A stretch of 62,809 bases of DNA, counting the filler, from Bipalium vagum (taxonomy: Eukaryota), in assembly GCA_037834085.1 (NCBI GenBank). It is 3 parts of 3 records of this genome, joined end to end, with 100 filler letters (N's around TTAATTAATTAA, not from the genome) between each part and the next. Parts side by side here need not be neighbours in the genome. Positions count along the whole stretch, not along the records: positions 21,044 to 40,506 come from JBBMKC010002791.1; positions 40,607 to 62,809 come from JBBMKC010225553.1; 1 more part is not named here. The stretch is one strand, 5' to 3'. The notes beneath the pieces were generated by a model that was not told the origin of the DNA, did no database searches, and saw nothing but the letters and a program-made list of their open reading frames with translations. The position numbers and the translations under genes were made by a program. Positions 28,401 through 47,578 of this stretch are shown piece after piece (the first letter of the stretch is position 1; each line of letters begins with the position of its first letter).

Positions 28401-31291
28401 ATATACAATTTTCCTCTTAATATTAATAACATTGGCACAGCATATCAATTGGAAAGCCTCTCGATGATGGTCTCTGATGGATTTGTAGAGAATAATCTGA
28501 AAAGTGATTTTGATTGGTTTAAATTCACAAATAAATCCACTAGCCTCTTTCCACAAATAAGCGTCATTTGGTTGGTCTTCTTCATTTTCTAACATATTTT
28601 TCATATAGCAAATCTCCTGTGATCAGATCTTAAGGTCTAAATATTATCAGAAAAAAGATTTACTAAAGCATCGATTGGTCGGTCTAAAATAAATTTAATG
28701 ATCTTCTCCGCCTTGTTTTCCAGTGCCATTTCGAGCCAGGACAGTTTCAACTAAAAATTAACAAACATTTGCGAATGGTTCTTTGAACTCTATTTTAACG
28801 TTTACATGGTCTCCTGTGGACTTCAGCACCAAATCGGTATAATTTTTCATGAATAACTTATCATCATTAATTACGATGGATTCGCGAATCTGTGACAGGA
28901 CATTTTATTGAGATTTTTATTAATAATTTGTATAGTAATAAATTTTTTTATTTTAATTTTGAATATACTGGTATATCAAAGACGAAGAAATAAATTTGTT
29001 GTTTAAATGAATATATATTTTCTTTAAATCTATTTATTTTTAGAAACTGTATTAAAGTAATTTTGTTTAAATGAATAACCGATAAATACATATTTTAAAT
29101 TTAGCCATGAATCTAGATTTGAAAATGGATTTAATTCCCTGTTATTATAGTAATGGAAATTCCCCTAAAGCTGCAATTAGGGAAATCAAACACCAAAGAA
29201 ATTTAATTAAGGATCCACGTTTTTGTGAAGAAGTTTGAGGAAACTGAGAGTATTGTTAATATATCTAATGGATGTCGTTCTTTGGCGAATGAACGTAATA
29301 CCAGCATTAAATATTCAATTGCTCACATTGATAGTAAGATATTGTCTTTCCCACGAAGAAATGAATTAATGTTATCTGATAAAAGAAATCATTTCGAGAT
29401 CTTAATATCGGATTAAAATTATATATGTTATGTATCATTAGTAATATATCATTTTGCTGTCCATTTTATTTTTCATATACTTTTTTCATCGGTTTTCATT
29501 CAATCGGCACAAAATCAAAACATTGAATTTAGAAATTAGTTTACCAAATACAGAAAAGATTAATTAAGATTTGATGATTAATGTTTTTCTTAATTTATAT
29601 CTCAACAATACTGCAATTTCTCAAATGATTTTTGTAACATTTTGTATCCAATAATAATGAACAGAAATAATAATAATCATGACAGTTATGAGGCAAGCAT
29701 TAATTAGTTGTTTAAGAAAATAATTTAATTATTTAAATAATTAGATTATTTTTAAAAATGATTTGTTTAAATAATTGATTTGTAATAAAATATGTATTTT
29801 TTGGAAAGCATATCGATTTATTAATTAAAATTAATAATAGAATATATGAGAAAAATTGTAAGATCGACAGAAGATCTCAACGAAAAGATCAAAAAAGTAT
29901 CAATGTAATGTTACATGTTCAGAATTTTTTTTTAATATTCTCTATTTATAAAATAAAAGATTCTTGCTCATTAGACTTAAATATATATAATTTTTAATTA
30001 ATTTATATAATTTTTTAAATTCATAAAATTTATTAATTTATATAATTAATGAATTAATTAAATTTCTAAATTACAAAATATTTTTAAAAATTATATAATT
30101 TATAAAATGTGCAGATTTATGAATTTTCTAATTTTAAAAAAATGAAATAATTTATATATTTCTCAAAATTAATATAATTTATAAAATATATTAATTTTAA
30201 TAATTTATTAATTTAAATTTCATTTCATAAAATTGGATTACATATTTTTTAATGAATTTTATTTATTAATTTTGCAAAATTCATATAATTAGAATATATA
30301 AGATATATTATTTAGTAAAATTTATATTTTTTATGATATTTTTAATAATTATTATTTTTTATATTGCATTAATTTCCTATTAAAATTGAAATAAATATAG
30401 TATATAAAAATATGCAATTATTTTGTTTTATTATTTTAAAATAAGTTAAATAAAAATAATCATACAAATAATAATAATACCTTAATCATAGTTTGTATTA
30501 ATTTATCATTTTCCCTTTGAGCGTTTCCTTTTGAAACACGGAAAATGTTTCGTCCTTCCTATAAGGAAAACAGAAAGATGATAAAAACAAAAAGATAAAT
30601 AACATATTATTATTATTATTCGAAGAAAATAATCGAAAACCTAAAAAAAACAAAAAAATATATTTTAAATATTACCCTTATATATGATTGAACCAATTCT
30701 ACAACTTCCCTGTGATTGTTCGATTTTGCCAAATCCAAAGGTGTTAATCCAATCTAAAAATTACCAGGAAAAAGCAAAAAATATTTAAATACAATGCTAA
30801 AAACAAACAAATTAATTAAACATTTTAGTAGAAAATTCATGCAAAACACAAATGGAAATGTAATTGTCTTTTCAAAACATGGAACTGACTCACTTGGTCT
30901 TTTAATTCAAGGTCACATTTTTTGTCCAATAATAATTTCACTATTTCAAATTGACCATTCTGACAGCCTAAATGGATTGGTCTTTCTTTCTAAAAATTAT
31001 CCAATCAATTATCTTAAATTTTAATCAATAGTCAATTACATTTTCAGTTTCACTCTCAATATTGCATTTGTGCTTAATCAAATATTTCGCTATTTCAACA
31101 TGACCAAAACAACATGCATAATGAATCGGTCTCCATTCCTAAATATAAACAAAATTTCGTTTCAGATCACGCAGACAACGAAAACTGATTACATCCTTAT
31201 CTCCAATTTCGATATTGCATCTCTTATCTATCAATAATATCGCTATATCAATATAACCCTTCCAACATGCGTAGTGAATAGGTGTCCAGTT
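22462..31291 (-). CDS. Multi-exon ankyrin-repeat protein with C-terminal C3HC4 RING finger (putative E3 ubiquitin ligase), paralog 1; 5' end uncertain (probably upstream of 31291)
   Basis: GT-AG exons join in frame: 31291-31193 NWTPIHYACWKG.., 31138-31040 EWRPIHYACCFG.., KERPIHLGCQNG.., IGLTPLDLAKSN.., several exons at 30560-26000, 25952-25854 NGQTALHCAIMR.., an exon from ~24295 FLETSANPP..GDGNSLLHIAVKR..QGNTP, then ..KQTPLQVAI..NEGRTAL. Last exon VCGICLFREVDSVFECGHTICEICGDKLIRCPYCNLEPVQARQIFFN* (stop 22462-22464). Confidence 0.85.
26742..28372 (+). mobile_element. Internally deleted mariner element within an intron of the ankyrin-RING gene
   Basis: Imperfect TIRs AGGTTGTTTCGAAAAGAAAACAGCGCTTTT / AAAAGGCGCTGCTTTTGTGAAACAACCT. 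Transposase from 27712 (MMEEKSVIRMLLHNYWKK..EICDVE..TAQ*WF..LEDQERSG) with C-terminus WYRHGIKQLAE..DGLYFED*. Same family as 49913-50575. Confidence 0.82.
29108..29416 (+). mobile_element. N-terminal fragment of a Tc1/mariner-superfamily transposase (intronic)
   Basis: YYSNGNSPKAAIREIKHQRNLIKDP / FVKKFEETESIVNISNGCRSL resembles the HTH consensus VxKFExTGSVxDxxxSGRP. Confidence 0.6.
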
Positions 31292-31734
31292 CTGGAACAG
31301 AAATCGTTTGGCTTTATCAATAATTATTGTTCATTTTATTTGTGTAAAAATATAATATTCAAATAAATTGGAAAATAAAATTGTGAACTCTCTTTTCTCT
31401 AATGAAGAACCAGGCGGAATGAATTCCAAAAATATTTTTCAGGATCACAAGATTTGAAGCATCTGTCAGACACAGATCAGAATAATTAAAAAAAATTAAC
31501 TTTAATTGTTAAAGCAAACTATTGAGATCGGCGTAATTTAAATTGTTACACCTGAACGGTGTCCTCTTTCACGATCAATATAAACACTATTAATTAAACT
31601 ATTATTATTTATATTTGTGGTAAAATAATTTAATAATTAAATTTGCACTATATTTTTATATTTTATTTATATAATTTACAATACTTTAATATTTTTTTTA
31701 ATGACTATGTATAATTAATTAATAATTTTATTAA

Positions 31735-31765
<31 letters not shown>

Positions 31766-31894
31766 AATTATTTTTATTATAATTATTTTTAGTATTATTA
31801 TTATTATATTTATTTTTATTATTTTTTTTATTATTATTAATTTTATTATTACTATTGCTATTTTCTTTATTATTTATTACTTTTAGTATTATTA

Positions 31895-31941
<47 letters not shown>

Positions 31942-32910
31942 TACAACTGTAAATTTTTTTCCTCAATATTTTGTACCATTTAATTAATAAGACTTTATTT
32001 TTTCGTTATATTCAGCATTGGAACATTAAAGCAAAAATATTAAAGATAAAAAACAGAAATAAAAAAATAAAAATCACCAACAAAAAAATTGTCGATAATT
32101 TTGTTCAAGAAAGCTTTTTCGAAAGACTTCAAAACCCCTTCAAAATTTCCTTTTTCCAAAGACTCCTTAAAATTTTCGAATTTTCTTTATAAAAAGACAT
32201 ATTGAAAACCCCTTGATAAAAGTCCATGAAAAAATGAATAACCTTTTGTCCATCGATCGGAATATTATTATATTGATTTTTGCGAAATTTTATATGAAAT
32301 TTTTTTAAGTTTTCTGAAATAAATTAATAAAATATGTTTTATAATTTCAACTGTAAAAATATATAAAAAGAAAAAATTTTTTTCGTTACATTTGCAACAA
32401 ATGATTTAATTCCGATAAATTAGTTGGTTTAAAATATTCACGGTTTGGAATTTTAAAATTGAAGTATTAAAACAAAATTTATTTTATAAGATTTTAATTT
32501 AATTTTATAATAATATTATTAATAATAATATTAATTGAAGATTAATAAAAATAATAAGATTAATAATAATATTATTAAAAATATTGATAATAAAATAATA
32601 TTGATAATAATCATATAAATAATATCATTGTTATTATTCGAAATATAAAATTATTATGATAATAATATTATAAAATATGTTTGATTTGCTAAAACGCTGA
32701 ATTTTAAATTTTGAGTTAAAAGGTTAATAATAATAATAATGTTAATTTTAAGTAAGTGTAATTTTAAAAGATTAAAGTAATAATAATAATTATTTATCAA
32801 AATCTCGCCGTCGAGGTAATGGTAAATATAAAAATAAATTAATACAGTTAAACTTTTTTATAACGACAACCATCGGGAACGCCCAAACTATCGTAATAAT
32901 AAACAAAATT

Positions 32911-33200
32911 ATGTCCCACAATCGAGACAATGTTTTATATTTTTTTATTATTTATATTTTTTATTATTATTAATATTATTATTTGATATAAGTAATTCTA
33001 TCTCGCCGTCCAGATAAAGTCGGGCTATTAGGGTAAAACATCGTCGAAAAGTAAAGATTGGTGGTCGTATTGACCTTATAAGGAAAGGGCTATCTCCAGG
33101 GATACGCCTAAGAGAAAATACCACGTGAATATTTTTATTGTTTTATTTCTACGAGGACGTGTTTATTTAATATTCAAGGAAGAGGACGACCCGATGACCC
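32911..33200 (+). mobile_element. LTR-like interspersed repeat (family B)
   Basis: Colinear similarity with 40719-40965: TGTCCCA..AGACAAT, TATCTCG..GAT.AAGTC, GATTGGTG.TCGTA, TATAAG, CTATCTCCAG, AAGAGAAAATA, ATTCAAGGAAGA. Starts with TGT and contains a TATA-like box. LTR identity is inferred. Confidence 0.5.
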
Positions 33201-33859
33201 ATTGTTTATTGTTTCCTTTTATCAGACATTTGATCAATATTTGACTCTATTGATTTTCCAGACATTTACTGTGATTCTTGTGATGGTGTCATCGTAAACT
33301 GTTTTAAGTGTAATTAAGTTTTATTGTGGTCCTTTTGATTCAACCGTGTTAAGATTTATGTAACTGTTTAACTAAAACGAGCATTAAAGAAGTGAAGAGT
33401 TAATAAAGTTCGAGCTAAACTTACATATTTCGATTAGGGAAAATAGTGACAAATATTCGGTTTTGAGACGTTTCTAACAGACATTACATGATACCATTTT
33501 TTTTACAAAATCACGTTGAATGTAACGTTAATTTTACAAGGTTTGCCCATCTGGCCAAAATGAATTTCTCAGTATGTGTTGCATATTTTGATGAAGTATT
33601 ATTTTCAACAGAACAGTTAAGTTTTGTAATCATTCGTGACTCACTTAATTTTACTGACGTCACCGGTGAGCCGACGGCGCCGAAAAGCACTGTTATTTTA
33701 TTTGCTAATTTCGTTATTTCATTTATTCTGGTTGAGTGCGTCGAACAATCATAACACCTGAAGTATTTTATTAGCGATTTTGAGATGTTCAGCAGATTAC
33801 ATTTGTTCACGGATATGGATAAATGTCTGCCATGAAGTACTAATAGAGCAAATTAATTT

Positions 33860-34660
33860 TTGACGAGATATTTTCTAGTGGTGAATCGGTTTTTTTGTCG
33901 AGGGTTCTGTCACTGCGAGGAAATATTGGAAAAAGGCTACATTATTGGAACAGATAGTTGATACACAATTGTTGGGTTAGCGGAAGAATCTATCGACATG
34001 TAAGCACATTTAGTGGGTTCCCGGAGTTAAAATTGTCGAGGAGATTCAAAAGAAGTAATAAAAAAATTCAAGTAGATAAAATGAAAAGGTTATAATAGTC
34101 TTGAAATGGAAGCATAAGAAGGGTGTGCTTATGCTTTCTACTAAACATTCAACGGAAATGACCACTGTGAATAAGAAATGGTTTTCATGGAATAAACCAA
34201 AAGGAGTTGTCGAAAATAATTTAGGAAAAGCTTCAGTTGATTTAATGGATCAAATGATATCACCATAGTTCACCATTGAGTAGAACTGTAAAAGGGTATA
34301 AAACGTTATCAATAGAGCTACTGTTGAATACTTGTATTGTTAACGCATTTGAAATGTTCAAACAGGTCATTCACAGAAATAAGGTATCTCTGATCTTCAA
34401 ATGAAAATAACCATGTATTTAACACAAGAAAGTGAAACTGATGATTGCCTTTCTTTACGTACGAACTTAGTGAGATATCCACGTTATGGACTTAAAAGAA
34501 TTCCGGAAAAAACTAGAGTCACACGACAATTTTGTAAAGTGTGCTATGAAAAACCTAGCTAGACTAAAGGAGAAAAAACTATAAGAAAAACTTGTGTTAT
34601 ACGTTGGAGACTGCTCAGGTTCACCTTTCCTTTGGTTGGAGTGCTTTAATAAAGTACATA
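33860..34660 (+). mobile_element. Degenerate piggyBac (PGBD4-like) transposase remnant
   Basis: LEKGYIIGTDS*YTIVGLAEE..HLVG, KWKHKKGVLMLSTKH, KPKGVVENNLGKASVDLMDQM, IELLLNTCIVNAF, and C-terminal CKVC. These match the piggyBac DDD core and Cys-rich tail, with many stops and frameshifts. Confidence 0.85.
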
Positions 34661-36989
34661 TTATAAAAAAATTAGGACTTAAAAATTTGTTTGAATTGTG
34701 TTTCTAATATTCTTAGCTTTGTCAGTCACCGATGACCCCAATGATACGAGATAAACTCAGTGCTGGTCACCGTAGATTTCCATGGTATGGAATATGATAA
34801 TGAGGTTTTACTTTTGATAAGATGACTTCACTAAACATACAGAGAACAATTTTGACTTTACTTTGTAAAACAGTGGTTTTTACCAACCCTGACCTTTCAA
34901 ACGTTAAACTTAAACTCGTCACACAACGATATAGTACTGTTTGTTTACTAACGTATTGAAAAAAAGTAATATTTATTTTAAGACAACGCTTCATATCCAT
35001 CTTTCCTCATATTTTTAATTCCTCTTCAGCTTTCGTGTTTCCTTATTCCTCGTCTGTTTGTGTTCGCCTGTCATCGTCTTGTCTTTCTGTCACACCTCGG
35101 CTTGGTAGGGATGCGTCAATTCTGCCATTCCTCAGCTGCGCAGTTCTTCTTTCCCTAAAATCATCATTCACCAGCAACAAATTAATTTCACACAAACACT
35201 AATGCTTGTCTGAGTCCAGGGCTTGTAGTTCCCAACTCATCATTTTTTCGTTAAACCGAGAAAAAAACCTTATGCCTTATCTCGAAAATTATATCACAGA
35301 AATACAAAGAATTTGAAAGACCTATACATAGTTTCTCGGATTATACTAGAGATGTTGGGATATATGCGAGGTTTTTGGGCCCTATTCCATCAGAAAAAAT
35401 AAACCCCGCCACCATAAAAATACTACCCTAATTCTACATATAAAAATTATAAAATGAATACACAGTATTTCCTAAGCCTTATCTTGTTTTCGCCCTCATA
35501 CTATTGAGCCTTACTATTTCAGGCTACTCAGGTGATAGGTGTTAGGGATAATGAACATTCCTTAGAAAATTATTTCCTTAATATTCCGTGAGCAGCGGAT
35601 ATTAAATTATTTCTTCAACTTTGGTCTGTTCAGAGGCCCTTATATATCATTTTTTTTCCTCGTCCCTTGAGTAATGACATATATTGACCTCGGTATAAAA
35701 TTATTTTGAGCTTTGATAATTATAAGTGTATGAATTAATAGGATAAGAATAAAAAAATTGAAGAATATTGTTTAAAATGTTAGTTTCAATTTGATAGGTT
35801 AATTTATATAGTAATGATAGTGATACTTAATATAGTATATATAATGATACTAAAGATATAACTTACTGCTAAATAGTCAGGTCATCCCCTTTATCCTACA
35901 TGCTGTAGGTTGATATGATTTGATTACTTTCAAAATTTACTCTTTCCAAAAATATAAATCTGACTTTAAAAATTTATTGCCATTCACCCTTTGAAGAGTA
36001 GAAAATAATTATAATTATAATAACAATATAAATAAAACTAATAACATTAATATTAGTTGATATTATTGATAATAATAATAATGATGTTAATATTAAAAAA
36101 ATATTGTTCATGCAACTCTTATCTAGCTCATCTGACTTACCCTGAGGTTGCTCTGGGCCTATCTAAAGCGACCGTTATCTCACACTCTGATGAAAACACA
36201 AAAACAGCTACTCTATAAATATATTAAATAAAATAAGAGTAAGACCCTTTTTAACTACAACAATCGGCAGTCATACAAAATCAAAAAACTGCTCAGGCTG
36301 ACTAAAGCAACACACTCCTTAATTAAAAAGCTGTGCCATAGCTTACCCTTGTCAGCAGGATAAAAGTATCAATAAAAAACATACCAAGTTTTCCTGATAA
36401 TTTTCTGTGTAAAAAATAATGAATTTTTGCTGGCTTATATACTATTTTATTTTTTGTTTTAGCGACTCTGATTGGCCATTTAAGCTATCAATCATGACGT
36501 ACTTTCTAAATTTAATTATTACTAAAATAAATAAATTTCTTAAAATTTTAGAAAATTATAATTTTAGAAATACATGCTACTGATTAAAAATCAGTAGTTG
36601 AATTTTAAATAATATTTAAAAATTAGTTTTTTAATTTATTTAATTAATTTTAAATTAGCCAGCGTATTATTTAAATTTTATTTTTCACCAAAATTTTATT
36701 TACAGAAACTTATAAGATAGGAGTCGAACCTCAACATTATCCTGGTTTAGTCTCAAGTTAACAAGTCCACAATTTCAAAAATGAAGATATAAAAGGACCA
36801 TTTAAAATATGGAGCAGCAAGTATGTTTGAATTTTCAAAAACCAGTTTGAAACAGTCTAAATTTCCAGTATAAGGAAAACCAATGTCTGCAGAAATTTGT
36901 AATTAATTTATATTTCTTGTATATGAATTACGAATAAAATTTAAAATGATTTGTTTGAATTAACAAATTCAAGTGAAAATTCAGTTTTC

Positions 36990-37814
36990 AATTTTGTGTC
37001 TAATAAATGAATAAAGCAGAATCTGATTGTTGTTAAATCCAGTATTGGAAAGATTGTCGAAAAATTGGTTTTCTAAATATCTATGAAAAATATCGCAACA
37101 GATTAAAGGCTCAGATTGAAAGTCAATGATATACAAATCCAACATAGCTTCAGAAAAGATTTTTCAAGAAGTGATGGATGGTTGAATAATGTTAAAAAAG
37201 TACAGTATTCTTATCTTATCCATATTGGAGAGAAATTATTTTTCTATGTTTCTGTGTTAAATCATTATTACTCGTGGATAATGCAATTTATAATGGTACA
37301 TTAATGTAATACCAGAAAATGAAGATTTTAATATTTTGTACGTTCGGCCCAATATAAAACCTTATTTACAACCTCTTGATCAACATGTCATCAATTCATT
37401 TAAAAATCGCTACCGGAAGCATCTTCTGAAAACACTGGCATCTAGAAATGAAAATATACAATGGGTATAGTATAGTAGAGGAAGGTTTTGGCTACGAAGA
37501 AACTTTGGATGAAAACTAATTAATGATATTAATGTTAGTGAATTAGATATCAATAACGTGATTGATACTTTTAGAGTGGTCGAAGAGTGCAAGCCTTCAG
37601 ATCAGGAAATTCTTCTTCTTAGAAGAATTCGAGAAAAAGAAGTTTATAAAAAACTAAATCTATAAATGTATGTTAATCTCTGGTTTGCATTTATTACCTC
37701 TTACTGCAATATTTTACAAATTTTTTCAATACTTTAACTTCGATATGAGCAACATATAAGAAACTTTTTAAAAAAATTGCTGTCAGGTTTGGTTACTATA
37801 TCGAATTTCCATTG
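36990..37814 (+). mobile_element. Degenerate pogo/Tigger transposon
   Basis: FSRSDGWLNNVKK (CENP-B-type HTH FxASxGWL), LLVDNA, and RPNIKPYLQPLDQHVINSFKNRYRK (pogo DDE). TIR-like end TTACTATATCGAATTTCCATTG then TA. Confidence 0.82.
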
Positions 37815-38163
37815 TATTCTCCTTTCTATATTTCTTCGGAAACCCAACACGACTTTTAATGAACACATTCAATTCACGTTCAATTGCTACCCGTCATATC
37901 TGAATGAATTCATGTTTTGGACTTACGTGTTATTGATTTTTAAGTGGGTGTGAGTAATACGGAACACAACTATTAAAGATATTGAGATCAGATTCGTAGT
38001 GTGATTGGTTAATATAACAAATAACCAAAATTATGATAAAGACCAATAAAACACAAAAAGATCTAAATGAAAGAAATCAATATAATATTCGGTTTTTACT
38101 TTTTTTTGGATAATTTTAAATGAAAAAATTGGCAATTAAGTAACTCCTTTCTTCTGAACAAGT

Positions 38164-39967
38164 TCAATTACAAACTGGACATTGGCTACATGTTTCTTCG
38201 CAGTTTTCACAGATCCTGTGGCTACAAGAGAACGTAGAAAAACTCTGTATAACTGAAATCCCGCATGAAACACAAATCTGAATTGAGATGAGGTTAAACA
38301 AATAAAAATCATTTCTCTCATACATCCATTCCCAGGCTTTCTGTCGTGGGAATTAATATTCGTTCATTATCATTAATGGGTTCAACTCTTTCGTTTTCCT
38401 TCTTCAGAAAAGCTTCAATTTTTCTTTTTGACTCGTCACAAGAGCAATAATCAAAGGCTGTAAGTCCATCTCTGTTCTGACGGTAAACATGACCCCTTTA
38501 AGGATTATTTTCTTTATCGGTTCCAAATATTGATTTTGCTGAACAAAATTAAGAACAAAACCAATCAAGCAACAATATCTACATTATTTGTTCGTATTTT
38601 CTCAAACAACTGAATCAAAGCAGTACGATTCTCTTTGTCTTCATTGTTCAAATCGGTTGTGTTCGCGACCAAAGATTGTATCAAGCCCATTGCCCCAGTC
38701 TCAATAGCAACTTGCAACGGTGTTTGACATTTCTTATTCAAAATATTAATATATTTATTATTATTTTTGCAGCCAATGATTTTTCGACAAAACTTGACTT
38801 TCTTTTCCTTCAGCAGTGAGGTAAAAAGTGTTTCGCCATCTTCGAAAAGCTTTGGATGTTCTACTTCAATCTTTATGCAGTGCTTGAAGAAATCGTCTTC
38901 ATTCGTTTTGGTTGACAGATACAGAACGCGTTCTATCACATCTTGCTGAAGGCTTTCATTAGTATTCTCAAACACAGACTTCAACAATTTCATAGTTCTT
39001 TTAATAATACTTTTGTCACTCTAAAAAATCAATGAAACATGTTAAAAATGGACAATACTTACATAATCTATTATTCTTTCATCCATTTTCAAGACCAGTT
39101 CCAAAAGAGGAGACAAGCTTTCTCTGTTGAATGTATCGACATTTCCGCCGTATGATATCAAAGTGTCACAGACGTCACTATTTAAAACTTTTACAGCCAG
39201 GTGAATCAAAGAGTTTCCAACACCATCAGAACTGTTTGCTCCATTTTCTTCCAAATCATTTAGGAAACACGGATAGATTGTGTTATTTATTTTCAGACAC
39301 AATGTTAAAGGATTTTCCCGATGAGAAATTGGAATAGAACAGTTCAGCCTGTGCCAGCCTATTGATTTAAAATTGACAGTAAAAAATGCAATTTAACACA
39401 AGTGCAATTTTTATCAATTTTAAAAAGATTTTTTATACAAACATCACTCTCCCATTTATGAATATAACCAAACTCATTTTCACACTCTTCAGGAGAACTG
39501 AGTCGTTGAATGCAAAAATTGATGACTGCATCCAACGGAACAAATGATAATCAAAATCAACGATATCACATGAAGCAACTAATACCGGCAAATATATTAG
39601 GGAGTTATATTTAATATCGAATAGAAGTGTTTGGATTGTGTACCATGGGTTTTCATTCAGTAACAAATTTGTCTTTAGATAATTTTCTTCTTCTTCAATT
39701 ACCTTTTGACTTGGTGTCTACGATTTTATTTCGATAGGACAAAATCAATAATTGCATGTTACCTAAGGAATGTCCTCAACCTAAATTTTTATATTGAGCA
39801 AATTGGTCGAGAATACATGATTTTGAGTATATCGTTATTCTACTCTTGAAGGCATTTACCTTATCAGTATGATAACGCTCCTGTACACCCCTCTCGAGTA
39901 GCTCAACAAAAATTAAAGAAATGAAAAGTTTTACTGCATCTTGCGCGCAATCCGGATATCGCATCAT
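38164..39967 (-). CDS. Ankyrin-repeat + C3HC4 RING protein, paralog 2 (shorter, different N-terminus); 5' end uncertain
   Basis: RENPLTLCLKINNTIYPCFL..NSSDGVGNSLIHLAVK, GETLFTSLLKEKKVKFCRKII..QTPLQVAI..NEDKENRTAL align exon-by-exon with paralog 1. Last exon ICVSCGISVIQSFSTFSCSHRICENCEETCSQCPVCN* (TGA 38164-38166). Confidence 0.82.
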
Positions 39968-40410
39968 CAGATTACGGCTTAATCCGTTCCATGACAGTTT
40001 TCTTACTTTGTCAGCAGTTTAATACATTTAACGAAATAGAATCGGCAAGCTAAGAAAAGTTTACCTCTAAACCGAAAGAAAAGTATCGGTGACAAATTGA
40101 ATTGCCTGCAGAAAGATGTACGGCTGTTATAGAAGATGAAAGTTTGTATTTTATCGAAAGTTATGTTTTATTTTGTGAAATTCATTGTTAAATAAATTTT
40201 GACTTTATGAACACACAGACGTTCCGGACAACCTGTGTAATACAACACGAGTTAATTATTATTTTTTAACATTTGACAAAATATGTTGATCTTTTTGAAT
40301 TTTTAACAAATTTTCCGAAGTCCGCTTTTTTCTATTAATATTTATAATTTTTGAATTTTTACAGTGATCCTAATTTTAATTTTAATATTTAATTTAGTAT
40401 TTTATATATA

Positions 40411-40506
40411 CAGTTTGGTCCAACGAATAGTCCACCCCCTGATAAAACAGAAAAATCCGATAATAACATTTATTAATAAATGATACATGAACTTGGGTAT
40501 AAAAAG
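40411..40506. mobile_element. Terminal fragment of a Tc1-like element running into the gap
   Basis: TA + CAGTTTGGTCCAACGAATAGTCCACC, the same TIR as 21136-21161 inverted. Confidence 0.75.
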
Positions 40507-40606
40507 NNNNNNNNNNNNNNNNNNNNNNNNNNNNNNNNNNNNNNNNNNNNTTAATTAATTAANNNNNNNNNNNNNNNNNNNNNNNNNNNNNNNNNNNNNN
40601 NNNNNN
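40507..40606. other. Assembly gap with artificial spacer
   Basis: 44 N + TTAATTAATTAA + 44 N, identical to 20944-21043. Confidence 0.97.
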
Positions 40607-40718
40607 TAGAAGTATGATGTAGCCTAAAGATCAAACTAAATATTTTCAAAAATCTATGAACTTATTTTTGGAAAACTCAGGAATGTATGTTAATAAGTTT
40701 ATATTGTTAAAAAGGATT

Positions 40719-40965
40719 ATGTCCCATCGTCAAGACAATAAATTATATTATTATTATATTAAAAGTAACTTTATCTCGGTGTCGAGATTAAGTCAGAATT
40801 AATGGGTAATTACGAGAAATAACCGTCTAAATATGGAGATTGGTGATCGTAGATCAATCTCAACGGCTATATAAGACGACTATCTCCAGAAATTTGCCCA
40901 AGAGAAAATAGCACAAGGATATTTTTTATTGTTTTAATTACGACAAGAACGTCATTCAAGGAAGA
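40719..40965 (+). mobile_element. LTR-like interspersed repeat (family B, second copy)
   Basis: Colinear similarity to 32911-33200. Contains TATATAAG. Confidence 0.5.
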
Positions 40966-41785
40966 CTATTCAAAAAAATTCAAGACAGATTATACGAAGA
41001 ATAATATTTTGGTTAACCGTATTTATATATATGCTTCATTCTCAACATGATTTCACAATGGAGTCCACCAAGCTTGGGAATCCCTAGGGGGACCAAAAAG
41101 CACCTAGAGGACAAATCTTCGGTCCGGATGAGAGGACTGTCTTTTTATTATTATTTTATTTTTTTTAATTAATTAATGTTAATTTTTAAAAATTTTAGAA
41201 AGTTTTCTGTGAATTCTCACTGTTTTAAATAATTAGTTCTCTGTAGTTTTTGTAAAACATTCAAAACCATTTTTCGCGTCCCCTATTCAACAGTCAGCCA
41301 TGTAGTTTTAATAGTCAATGTAAATAGTTAAAATTAAAGAGAATTCACAAATTGTGACAGCTATTTCTGATAATATTAAAAATGATTTGAAAATTGGAAA
41401 AACAAAGTTAAATGAACCATTTAAAAAGAAATAAATGAATATTTTGAGCTTTATTTGATATTATCCACATGTTTTCGAACCAGTAGTGCTAAAACTAAAT
41501 TCTTAAAGAAAATTTCAACAAATATTCAGCAAATGAATAGTGAATGATACACAAAAACAACACATTTCAACAACTATCTTAAATATTGCTTAATCACAAC
41601 CAAAACGATATATTACAGAGAGATCATAACCAAGCAATATCGTCAATATGACTACATTTCAAAACAACAAAAAGGAAAAAGAATATATTAAGTAAATACA
41701 ACAATTCTTTATAGAAACAATGACACAGTTATAGCATGACCTACGACAATAATATTTTTCCCTACAATACTCAAATAATCAGAGA

Positions 41786-47578
<5,793 letters not shown>

